A stretch of DNA of 64,000 bases from an uncultured Bacteriovoracaceae bacterium (GTDB lineage: Bacteria > Bdellovibrionota > UBA2428), in contig CAYOWH010000003.1 in NCBI GenBank assembly GCA_964407615.1, positions 4,278 to 68,277 on the forward strand, given 5' to 3'. The position numbers were made by a program, and so were the translations under genes. The notes under the pieces were generated by a model. That model worked only from the letters and a program-made list of their open reading frames with translations, made no database searches and had not been told where the DNA came from. Shown here piece by piece: positions 46,538 through 54,262 of the stretch; within the stretch, counting starts at the first letter, position 1, and every line of letters begins with the position of its first letter.

Positions 46538-46723
46538 ATGAAAAAGTTTAACAAGAAGAGTGGTCAAGGAACTTTAGAGTGGATTCTCATACTTGCTGTC
46601 ATGGTGGGATTTGTGATGATCTTTGGAAAAACCATCAAAGGTAAAATCGGTGGAACTGTCGACAGCGTATTCAAAAGTGTAGATGGTAGCGTAGGCACTC
46701 TTTCCTCAGACAAAACGAACTAA
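46538..46723 (+). CDS. flp: Flp-type (type IVc) prepilin 1
   Basis: It has a short basic leader and G|QGTLEW followed by a hydrophobic helix (ILILAVMVGFVMIF). The ATG at 46538 follows GAGGGAG. Confidence 0.7.
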   Translation: MKKFNKKSGQGTLEWILILAVMVGFVMIFGKTIKGKIGGTVDSVFKSVDGSVGTLSSDKTN

Positions 46724-46753
46724 AAGTTAAATTAGCTAAATAGGACGTAGGCT

Positions 46754-46933
46754 ATGAAACTTAAAAACGGACAAGTTTTAGTTGAATACATTTTACTCAC
46801 TTTACTTGTTGTTGTGACAACAGTTGCCGTTGTTAAGTTTATTGTTCAAGAGGTTTTTGGAGAGTCCATGGGGGAATTGAGAGAAAAAACATCTAATTGC
46901 ATCTCAACTTCTAAGAAAGACGACTGCAAATAG
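46754..46933 (+). CDS. flp: Flp-type prepilin 2 (59 aa, absent from the supplied ORF track)
   Basis: Hand translation gives MKLKNGQVLVEYILLTLLVVVTTVAVVKFIVQEVFGESMGELREKTSNCISTSKKDDCK. It has the G|QVLVEY motif and a hydrophobic helix. A GGA-containing RBS region (taggacgtaggct) precedes the ATG. Confidence 0.65.
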   Translation: MKLKNGQVLVEYILLTLLVVVTTVAVVKFIVQEVFGESMGELREKTSNCISTSKKDDCK

Positions 46934-46952
46934 GAGACTTGATTTATTTTTT

Positions 46953-47171
46953 ATGAAAAAAAATAAAAATCCCTTAAGAGGACAGGTCGTGGTGGAATAC
47001 ATACTCGTGATAGCCGTCATTGTTGGAATATCATTGGTGGCTTACACCGCTTTAAAAAATAAAATGAAACCTCATCTGACTACATTCAAAAAGAAAGTTG
47101 AAGATGACTCAGCAACAGCCGGAAAGCCTATGGAAACCTATTACAACAAAGTGGAGCTTAAAACGAAATGA
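46953..47171 (+). CDS. flp: Flp-type prepilin 3
   Basis: MKKNKNPLRG|QVVVEYILVIAVIVGISLVAY shows the same leader and motif architecture. Confidence 0.7.
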   Translation: MKKNKNPLRGQVVVEYILVIAVIVGISLVAYTALKNKMKPHLTTFKKKVEDDSATAGKPMETYYNKVELKTK

Positions 47172-47743
47172 AAAAAATGCTCAGTTTTTCTTTCCAAAGA
47201 AAAAAGGGTCAAAGTACCGTTGAATTTATATTTGTCTTTATTGCTTTTATATTTTTTCTTTCCCTTAGCTACAACACTGTTGTTTCTTTTGCTGTCTACC
47301 AGTATCTGAGCTACGCAACCTTCATGACAGCGCGTGCTTATCAGGCAAGTCGGGATGACCCAAATGCTCAATTACAAGCTGCGATTAGAACCATGAATAT
47401 TTATGTCCCCGACGTTCCCCAAGGTCAAGGCTCAACAAAATTTGGTTTTTCAGCAAGAACCCTTGCAACTATTAAAAGCTTTGAAACTCCCTCGGTCAGT
47501 CAAACCTCAGGAACCGTTACTCAACCTTTTCGTCTAAAATTTGAAGTCCCTCTCATCACTGTTCCTCTAGGAAAGGACCTAAAAAGAGATTTTGGTACCA
47601 TTACCCTCACGACTGAAAGTAATCTCGGTAGAGAACCCACCAAAAAAGAATGTGAAGCTTTTTTTCAAAAATTTTTCTCAAAATTTTTCAAAGGAGGAAA
47701 CAATCTTCACACTTGGGAAGGGATGGAGGACAACGGATGCTAA
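47168..47743 (+). CDS. tadE: TadE-like pseudopilin
   Basis: It has the KKG|QSTVEF motif and a hydrophobic helix (IFVFIAFIFFLSL). Its start overlaps the flp3 stop by ATGA. Confidence 0.65.
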   Translation: MKKMLSFSFQRKKGQSTVEFIFVFIAFIFFLSLSYNTVVSFAVYQYLSYATFMTARAYQASRDDPNAQLQAAIRTMNIYVPDVPQGQGSTKFGFSARTLATIKSFETPSVSQTSGTVTQPFRLKFEVPLITVPLGKDLKRDFGTITLTTESNLGREPTKKECEAFFQKFFSKFFKGGNNLHTWEGMEDNGC

Positions 47744-48162
47744 AAACGAGCCGTCTCCGTCATAACAAAAAGGGACAAGCCATGATTGAATTCCTTCCAG
47801 CCATCTTGCTTTTTATAGTCATCATGTCTGTGAGTTTTATTTTTTTTATGGGACTTCGAGAGTCAACACTTCTTCAAGAAGCTGCAAGAAACGCTGCTTT
47901 TGCTAAAATTGCAAACTCTGGCCCGCTTGTCTCAAGAGAAAACCGCTCAAGTGCTACTAACTACTATGAATTTCCCCTTGAAGGTACTCAAAATATTGAA
48001 ATAGATAATAGCAAAACGTGCTTTTCTGCAACTCCACAACTTTCAAATGACGGACCCAATATTTTCAAACTTCCAAGTATTCTTGGCGTTAAGATGGATT
48101 TACAAAGAACCCATAAAATGACAGTTTTTCGACGCCCAGGTTCTGAAAATTATTGTGACTAA
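47737..48162 (+). CDS. TadE/TadF-like pseudopilin
   Basis: The ATG at 47737 follows GGAGGA. It has the KKG|QAMIEF motif and a hydrophobic helix (LPAILLFIVIMSVSFIFF). Confidence 0.6.
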   Translation: MLKTSRLRHNKKGQAMIEFLPAILLFIVIMSVSFIFFMGLRESTLLQEAARNAAFAKIANSGPLVSRENRSSATNYYEFPLEGTQNIEIDNSKTCFSATPQLSNDGPNIFKLPSILGVKMDLQRTHKMTVFRRPGSENYCD

Positions 48163-48220
48163 ATTTAAATAAAACTCAAATTTAACATAAAAAAAACCGA
48201 AGAAGGATTAAGGAGTTAGC

Positions 48221-49168
48221 TTGAATCAGTCACGTGCTTTTTTAGTCAGCTTTGGTTTTGCCTTATTAGGCATGTTGCTCGTAGGGCTTTATGTCTACAG
48301 CCAAGACCAAGAAAGCAAAGAGAAATTTGGTAAGCTTGCTGCCGTTCTTGTCGCCTCTAAAAACATAAACGAGATGCAAGTGCTTGATGAAAGTATGGTC
48401 TCTCAAGAAAGTATCTTCGATAAATTTATACAACCTGGAGCTCTCACAGATTTTAAAGATATCAAAGACATGGTGGCGCTTGTTCCCATAAAAGCTGGCG
48501 AGCAAATACTTGTGACAAAACTCTCTCCAAAAAGTACAGAGACAGGACTTGCCATACAAGTTTCTGCCTCTAAAAGAGCGATGTCTATCCCTGTAAACAA
48601 CGAGTCAGGTGTTTCAAAACTTATCAAACCAGGAGATCACGTTGATGTGATTGGAAGCATTAGTTATCCAAATCCTGATGGCTCAAAACAAACTGAACTC
48701 AAAACTCTCTTGCAGAATGTCACCATTCTTGCTGTTGGAGAAATTATTCAAAACAACATTCCAACCCGCTACGAAAACGATCCTCTTAACCAAAGAAAAG
48801 TTGCTGTCAGTGCCCGTGGAGAAAAAAACTTCGACACTGTGACGATAGAAGTAACTCCTGAACAATCTCAAGTATTAATTTATGCACTTGCTCAAGGAAC
48901 CGGACTTTATTTGACATTAAGGAATCCAATCGATCGAGCAGAAAACAATATAGGATCAACAACACTCGATGAAGTTTTAGGACCCGATTCAAAACGAGCT
49001 GAAGCGCGGGAGAGAGAACAAAGAAGAGCCATAGAAGAAGCGCGACAAGCAGCAGCGGCAGCGGCAGCAGCGGCAGCCGCAAAAAACGCTCCCCCCGAGG
49101 GAACGGCGCCTCCAGCAAAGAAGCCCGCGAGCGACCCACTTGAAGCAGGAGGAGGCGTCTTTGAATAA
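48221..49168 (+). CDS. cpaB: CpaB/RcpC-like Flp pilus assembly protein with poly-Ala / Pro-rich C-terminal extension
   Basis: It uses a TTG start after AAGGAG. It has an N-terminal TM anchor, a SAF-like segment (VLVASKNINEMQVLDESMV) and an RcpC-like beta domain. The tail reads REREQRRAIEEARQAAAAAAAAAAAKNAPPEGTAPPAKKP. Confidence 0.68.
   Translation: MNQSRAFLVSFGFALLGMLLVGLYVYSQDQESKEKFGKLAAVLVASKNINEMQVLDESMVSQESIFDKFIQPGALTDFKDIKDMVALVPIKAGEQILVTKLSPKSTETGLAIQVSASKRAMSIPVNNESGVSKLIKPGDHVDVIGSISYPNPDGSKQTELKTLLQNVTILAVGEIIQNNIPTRYENDPLNQRKVAVSARGEKNFDTVTIEVTPEQSQVLIYALAQGTGLYLTLRNPIDRAENNIGSTTLDEVLGPDSKRAEAREREQRRAIEEARQAAAAAAAAAAAKNAPPEGTAPPAKKPASDPLEAGGGVFE
49049..49081 (+). repeat. GCN trinucleotide tract encoding 11 consecutive Ala in CpaB
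   Basis: The tract reads gca gca gcg gca gcg gca gca gcg gca gcc gca. It is locally GC-rich in an AT-rich genome. Confidence 0.9.
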
Positions 49169-50882
49169 GCATCCCTTTATAAAATTTTATTTTTTAATTT
49201 GTTCTCTTTTATTTTTTAAAATATCTTTTTGCCAGGAGAGCACTTCCGATAGCGATGACAACAACTCCAAAAAAACTCAGCTTGTAGGTGAAATTCCAGA
49301 TTCAAACCTCGAAACTGTTCTTAAAAATCGCGATCAGTTAAATCCTCTCTATGGTTTTGAAGAAATTTATATTGGACTCAACATAAAAAAACCTAATGCA
49401 AAAACAGGTGCCACGATTAGTCTGGAAGATATTCCAGAAATAAAAGATATTAAAGATATCTACTGGAGCATCATGATTAAAGAAATCGTTAAGTTTAGCA
49501 GAGAAGAAATGACTCAACCTGGCTTTCCGCCCAAAAGAGCCGTGATCGCAGCGACTGGACAAACTGGCACAACTCAAATTCTTGCTTATGACAAATATAT
49601 AGATCCTGAAACCAAGAAAGCTTTGCCAGGAAAAAAACTTTTCAAGGTTTTTAGAGTAACGGTTACCGATGAAGACCTTGTTAACCTTCTACAACAAATA
49701 AGAGCAAAGATGGGAAAAGTCGAAGGTCTTGAAATGCGCCTCATTGGGGATCGAATTGTCATCGATGGGCAAATTATTGTCCCCAAAGACCTCAGAAGAG
49801 TGATGACCGTTTACCAAGGTTACAAGGATTCAGGAAAACCCGTTGAATTGCTAGCGGAGATGTCTCCTCTTGCTCTTCAATATATTGCTGAAAAAATGCA
49901 AGATGAAATCAACGGCGGTAAAGATAAGCCTACAAACGTTTACGTAAGAGTTTTGAACGGTCGCTTTATTTTGGAAGGGGCTGTCGATAAACAAATTGAA
50001 AGAGAAATTGCAGTACAGACGTGTCAAATCATGGTTCAAGATCAATTCAAACTCGAACCCAAATTAGTCAAAGAAACAACCTTCAAAGATCTTGCCGAGT
50101 GTTTGAATCGAATACGAAGAAGACCACCTCAGGCAGGAGAACCCGATAAAGATATGAGTGTGAGAGTAGATTTCGTAAGCCTTGTTCGAAATTACATCAA
50201 AGCATTCAACTTTAAATGGGCTCCAGGAGTCACAACCAACTCTAGCTATAGCTACTCGAGTGATATCGGAAAATTTGCAGGAGCTTTTCAAGCAACACTA
50301 ACTGGTTTATTTCCTACTCTTGAAACACTTTCAAGAAATGGACATGCTCGAGTTTTAAAATCTGCGACTCTCATACTAAAAGATTCAGGAGACGGATCAC
50401 CTGGCCCAACAGCAAGCATAGGCGAAGTTTTAAAAATTCCATATTTTGTTCCTGGTAATGCGACTAATCCCTCAAGCTGGCAATTTGCTGATATCCAAAC
50501 AAATATTGCTGTTGCTGCTGTCTCTATTCGTTCTACCGATAAAATACTTATCAGCCTCAGAGCAAATCAAGCTGAGATTCAAGACAAACCTGCGCCCGAC
50601 GCCCCTCCGGGAAGTATTCAATATTCTATCGATACCCAGCTTGTCGTCTCCAATGGAGAGAGTGCTGCAATAGGAGGACTCATTTCTGAACGCAGACAAG
50701 TCTCAGCAGGAAGAGACCCTCCAAATGCAAGTTATAATGATATTACTTTATTTAAATTCTCTAAAACTCACGAATTTCAAGAAACTAAAAACCAAATGAT
50801 TATTTTTGTAACGCCCACAACCCTAAGAAGTCCAAGTGAAGGTACCGATAGCTTAAAACGTAAATTTAGGCTGAGGAGATAA
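49161..50882 (+). CDS. cpaC: CpaC/RcpA-type secretin
   Basis: I propose the TTG start at 49161, 6 nt after AGGAGGAGG (the ORF is open from 49140). It has a signal-like N-terminus (FYFLICSLLFFKISFCQ) and a C-terminal secretin core ending in NQMIIFVTPTTLRSP. Confidence 0.72.
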   Translation: MNKHPFIKFYFLICSLLFFKISFCQESTSDSDDNNSKKTQLVGEIPDSNLETVLKNRDQLNPLYGFEEIYIGLNIKKPNAKTGATISLEDIPEIKDIKDIYWSIMIKEIVKFSREEMTQPGFPPKRAVIAATGQTGTTQILAYDKYIDPETKKALPGKKLFKVFRVTVTDEDLVNLLQQIRAKMGKVEGLEMRLIGDRIVIDGQIIVPKDLRRVMTVYQGYKDSGKPVELLAEMSPLALQYIAEKMQDEINGGKDKPTNVYVRVLNGRFILEGAVDKQIEREIAVQTCQIMVQDQFKLEPKLVKETTFKDLAECLNRIRRRPPQAGEPDKDMSVRVDFVSLVRNYIKAFNFKWAPGVTTNSSYSYSSDIGKFAGAFQATLTGLFPTLETLSRNGHARVLKSATLILKDSGDGSPGPTASIGEVLKIPYFVPGNATNPSSWQFADIQTNIAVAAVSIRSTDKILISLRANQAEIQDKPAPDAPPGSIQYSIDTQLVVSNGESAAIGGLISERRQVSAGRDPPNASYNDITLFKFSKTHEFQETKNQMIIFVTPTTLRSPSEGTDSLKRKFRLRR

Positions 50883-50883
50883 G

Positions 50884-53061
50884 ATGAATGCACCTCTAAA
50901 TTCAGGTCATGTGATAGCCGTTGTAGGAGGTAAAGGAGGCGTTGGAAAATCCGTATTTGCAGGAAACTTTGCCCTTTCAATTTGTTTAGATCGAAAAATA
51001 CCTGTTGCGATTATCGATGCAGACATTCAAGGCTCCGGCGACTTAAATCTCATTTTTGGAAATAAAGATATTAAAGGATTTGGCAATGATCTCATTGAAG
51101 GAAAAATACGAAGTGGAGACAACCTCAAAAAAATTATGACTCAAGTCTCTCTTGGAGGAGCCCCCAGCCAACTTCACTCGCTGCAGTTTCTTCAAAATCT
51201 TGAAAGACTCATTGATGTTTCTGACGAAAAAATGGACGCAGCAATGCGTGGATTAAAAAGTACATTCCCTATAACTGTTGTGGATTGTGGATCACGAATA
51301 GATGGAAGCGTTATAAAAATTCTTGAACACTCCTCCATTATTCTTGTTGTGACCAATCCAGAAATTCTTGTTCTTAATCAAACAAAAAAAGTTCTAGAAA
51401 AAATTCAAACTCTTTTATTCCCTCAGGAATTTGTAAAAGTCATTCTCAATAAAACAACTCCAAACAATCCCTACAACCCTCCTTTTTTGGAACAGACTCT
51501 TAAACGCCAAGTTGTTTGCTCGATTCCCGAAGAAATGGAACTCGCAAGGACTGCCCTCATAAAAGGTCAACCCATGGTTGCTCTGGCTCCAGGCTCCGGC
51601 ACAACAAAAGCTCTTATTCAGCTAGGTCGCCAACTTATTGAAGGAAAAATTCTTGAAAAACTTTCTGCTTACAAAAGAGCTAAACCCGCAACGCCTCCTG
51701 CTTCTCCTGAAAAAGCAGCAGCTGAAAGCTCTTCAAACAAAAAAACCAGTAGCCGACCAGGAATCGGCAAAGAACCACAAGATCCTCGAAGCCGCTTCAA
51801 ACTTCTTATTCATGAACAACTTGTTGAAAAAATGGATTTGAAAAAAGAACAATTGAATCGCCAACTAGATGAAGCAAAAAAAATGGAACTTCGAGACAAA
51901 GCTATGAAAATCATTACAGAGATCGTCGGAAAAGAAGACCATCCCTGGAAAAGCCGCGAAGAAAGCTCAAAGCTTGTCAAAGAAGTTCTCGACGAGGCTC
52001 TCGGATTAGGTCCCCTTGAAGATCTGATTGCAGACAGAAGCGTGAGTGAAATCATGGTAAATAGAGCAGATCTTATCTACATCGAAAAAGGTGGAAAAAA
52101 CATGAAAAGTCCGGTTGTTTTTTCTAGCAACACCCAAGTGATGGCCGCGATTGAACGAATCGTAAATCCCCTGGGTCGGAGAATAGATGAAAAAACTCCC
52201 TATGTAGACGCTCGACTTATAGACGGAAGCCGTGTTCACGCAATTATCCCTCCTCTTGCGATTGATGGACCCATGATCACAATTCGTAAGTTTCCCGAAA
52301 AGAGACTCGGTCCCGAGGATTTGATTAAATTTGGATCGATTACTCAAGAAATTTCAGATTTTCTAAGAACCTGTATTGAGGCTCGGCTAAACGTTGTGAT
52401 TTCTGGAGGAACGGGCTCTGGTAAAACAACATGTCTCAACATTTTAAGTAGTTTCATTCCCTCCACAGAGCGCATCTTAACAGTTGAAGATGCTGCTGAG
52501 CTTTCACTTGTACAAGAACACGTGGGTCGTCTTGAAACTCGACCCGCAAACATTGAGGGCACAGGAGCGATCACGATTCGAGATCTTGTCAAACAAACTC
52601 TTCGTATGAAACCAGATCGTATTATCGTCGGTGAAGTGCGCGGAGGAGAAGCTCTCGATATGCTTCAGGCAATGAACACTGGTCACGATGGCTCTATGGC
52701 AACCGTTCACGCCAACAACCCTCGCGACGCCCTTACCCGTATTGAAACACTCGTCTTGATGGCAGGGATGGATTTGCCTGCAAAAGCAATTCGTGAACAA
52801 ATATCAAGCGCTGTTCATTTAATTGTTCAGCAGTCACGACTCTCTGATGGATCAAGAAAAATTACTCACATCACAGAAGTTTGCGGAATGCAGGGTGAAG
52901 TCATTACCACTCAAGATATCTTTCTCTTTAAACAGACTGGTCAAGATAAAGATAGAAAAGTTATCGGAAAACATGTGGCAACGGGATTTATTCCTAAGTT
53001 TGTTGAAAAAATAGAATCACATGGAATTAAAATTCCTCGAGGGCTCTTCAAGGCGGCTTAG
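50884..53061 (+). CDS. Fusion protein: TadZ/CpaE-like ParA/MinD ATPase (N) and TadA/CpaF secretion ATPase (C)
   Basis: The N-domain has [18 protein letters not shown] and ILVVTNPE. The linker is [27 protein letters not shown]. The C-domain has [42 protein letters not shown]. It is a single uninterrupted 725-codon ORF. Confidence 0.8.
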   Translation: MNAPLNSGHVIAVVGGKGGVGKSVFAGNFALSICLDRKIPVAIIDADIQGSGDLNLIFGNKDIKGFGNDLIEGKIRSGDNLKKIMTQVSLGGAPSQLHSLQFLQNLERLIDVSDEKMDAAMRGLKSTFPITVVDCGSRIDGSVIKILEHSSIILVVTNPEILVLNQTKKVLEKIQTLLFPQEFVKVILNKTTPNNPYNPPFLEQTLKRQVVCSIPEEMELARTALIKGQPMVALAPGSGTTKALIQLGRQLIEGKILEKLSAYKRAKPATPPASPEKAAAESSSNKKTSSRPGIGKEPQDPRSRFKLLIHEQLVEKMDLKKEQLNRQLDEAKKMELRDKAMKIITEIVGKEDHPWKSREESSKLVKEVLDEALGLGPLEDLIADRSVSEIMVNRADLIYIEKGGKNMKSPVVFSSNTQVMAAIERIVNPLGRRIDEKTPYVDARLIDGSRVHAIIPPLAIDGPMITIRKFPEKRLGPEDLIKFGSITQEISDFLRTCIEARLNVVISGGTGSGKTTCLNILSSFIPSTERILTVEDAAELSLVQEHVGRLETRPANIEGTGAITIRDLVKQTLRMKPDRIIVGEVRGGEALDMLQAMNTGHDGSMATVHANNPRDALTRIETLVLMAGMDLPAKAIREQISSAVHLIVQQSRLSDGSRKITHITEVCGMQGEVITTQDIFLFKQTGQDKDRKVIGKHVATGFIPKFVEKIESHGIKIPRGLFKAA

Positions 53062-53077
53062 GCATGAGGAAGCAAAG

Positions 53078-53941
53078 ATGAACACTCTTGTCATCATTGG
53101 AGCAGGAATTTGTATTTTCTTTGCTGTCTACCTCCCCTATAGTTTTTGGGAAGATCTTGTTTGGAATAAGAAAATATTAAAAGCTCGTGATGAGTTAAAA
53201 AGCGAATATGAAGATATCTTCAAACTTAAAACCGAAAAGGAAGTCCTCAAAGAAATCTTAATTTGGGGTTTCGGCACAAGTTTTTTTATTATTTTTATTG
53301 TTCCTAGCAAACCTCTGGGAATCATTATGGGTGTTTTTCTTTTTTTCGTAGGAATGCGGCTTCCCAAAATTTACACAACTTCGATTATTAGAAAAAAAAG
53401 AGTTACTGAATTCACTGCTCAAATGATTGATGCCCTAACGTTGATGGCGAATGGTCTTCGTTCTGGATTAAACGTTCCTCAAACATTACAAATTGTTGTC
53501 GATGAAATGCCCGCTCCTGTGAGTCAAGAATTCGGACTCGTCTTGGATCAAAACAGAATCGGTGTTCCTCTTGAAGCAGGATTTGAAAATTTAGCAAAAA
53601 GAATCAAAACAGAAGAAATTTACATTTTTGCAACGAGCGTGAATATTTTGCGCGAAACAGGCGGTAATATGGCCGAAACCTTTGACACAATCGTTAAAAC
53701 AATTAGAGAGCGCTCAAAGCTTCAAAACAAAATCAATGCTCTTACAGCTCAAGGTCGTACTGCGGGTATCATCGTTGGGTGCGTTCCTTTTGGTGTGGCG
53801 GGTATGATGTACGCGATTGATCCCGAACTTACAAGACCACTTTTCACGACCATTCCTGGCTTCATTATCATTTCAATTGCATTGACACTTGTAGGAATTG
53901 GACTTTTTCTTATTAACAAAATGGTTAAAATTGAAGTTTAA
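53078..53941 (+). CDS. tadB: TadB/TadC-type inner-membrane platform protein (T2SSF domain)
   Basis: The ATG at 53078 follows GAGGAAG. It has an N-terminal TM helix, a cytoplasmic T2SSF-like domain (MIDALTLMANGLRSGLNVPQTLQIV) and C-terminal TM helices. Confidence 0.7.
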   Translation: MNTLVIIGAGICIFFAVYLPYSFWEDLVWNKKILKARDELKSEYEDIFKLKTEKEVLKEILIWGFGTSFFIIFIVPSKPLGIIMGVFLFFVGMRLPKIYTTSIIRKKRVTEFTAQMIDALTLMANGLRSGLNVPQTLQIVVDEMPAPVSQEFGLVLDQNRIGVPLEAGFENLAKRIKTEEIYIFATSVNILRETGGNMAETFDTIVKTIRERSKLQNKINALTAQGRTAGIIVGCVPFGVAGMMYAIDPELTRPLFTTIPGFIIISIALTLVGIGLFLINKMVKIEV

Positions 53942-54258
53942 TAACCCGGTTGGTGTCCGTTGATAAACTGCTGCTGATTATTCATATAAGCAGGAGTCAA
54001 AGGAGCCTGCTGCATAAGCATCGATGCATTTAAACACTGATTATCATTATAACTACCAGGAACTTGACCTACAAAACCTGGCTGCATTCCACCTTGTGCC
54101 ATCATCTGTGCTGCTTGAGCATCCATGAATGAGGGAACTCTTTGGTTTTGAAACATTTGCGGCTGACCAAACATAGGCTGTTGACCATATTGAGCTTTAG
54201 CAAAATTAGTAAAAAGCAAAAGAGAGAACACAGAAATTATGGAAAATATTTTTTTCAT
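53938..54258 (-). CDS. Secreted Gln/Met/Gly/Pro-rich low-complexity small protein
   Basis: It has a 22-aa signal peptide (MKKIFSIISVFSLLLFTNFAKA). The 84-aa mature part has 19 Gln and 9 Met by hand count. It lies 4 nt downstream of the YD-repeat gene on the same strand. Confidence 0.5.
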   Translation of the reverse strand: MKKIFSIISVFSLLLFTNFAKAQYGQQPMFGQPQMFQNQRVPSFMDAQAAQMMAQGGMQPGFVGQVPGSYNDNQCLNASMLMQQAPLTPAYMNNQQQFINGHQPGY

Positions 54259-54262
54259 AGAC

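Noticed and set aside
48807-49172. 121-aa Leu-rich minus-strand ORF
   Set aside because: It is the antisense reading of the CpaB Ala/Glu/Arg-rich tail, where the GCN repeat reads as Leu/Pro-rich on the other strand. It is an artefact of composition.
51810-52800. Chain of four minus-strand ORFs (81-113 aa)
   Set aside because: All are antisense to the highly conserved CpaF ATPase core. Their products are low-complexity with no motifs.
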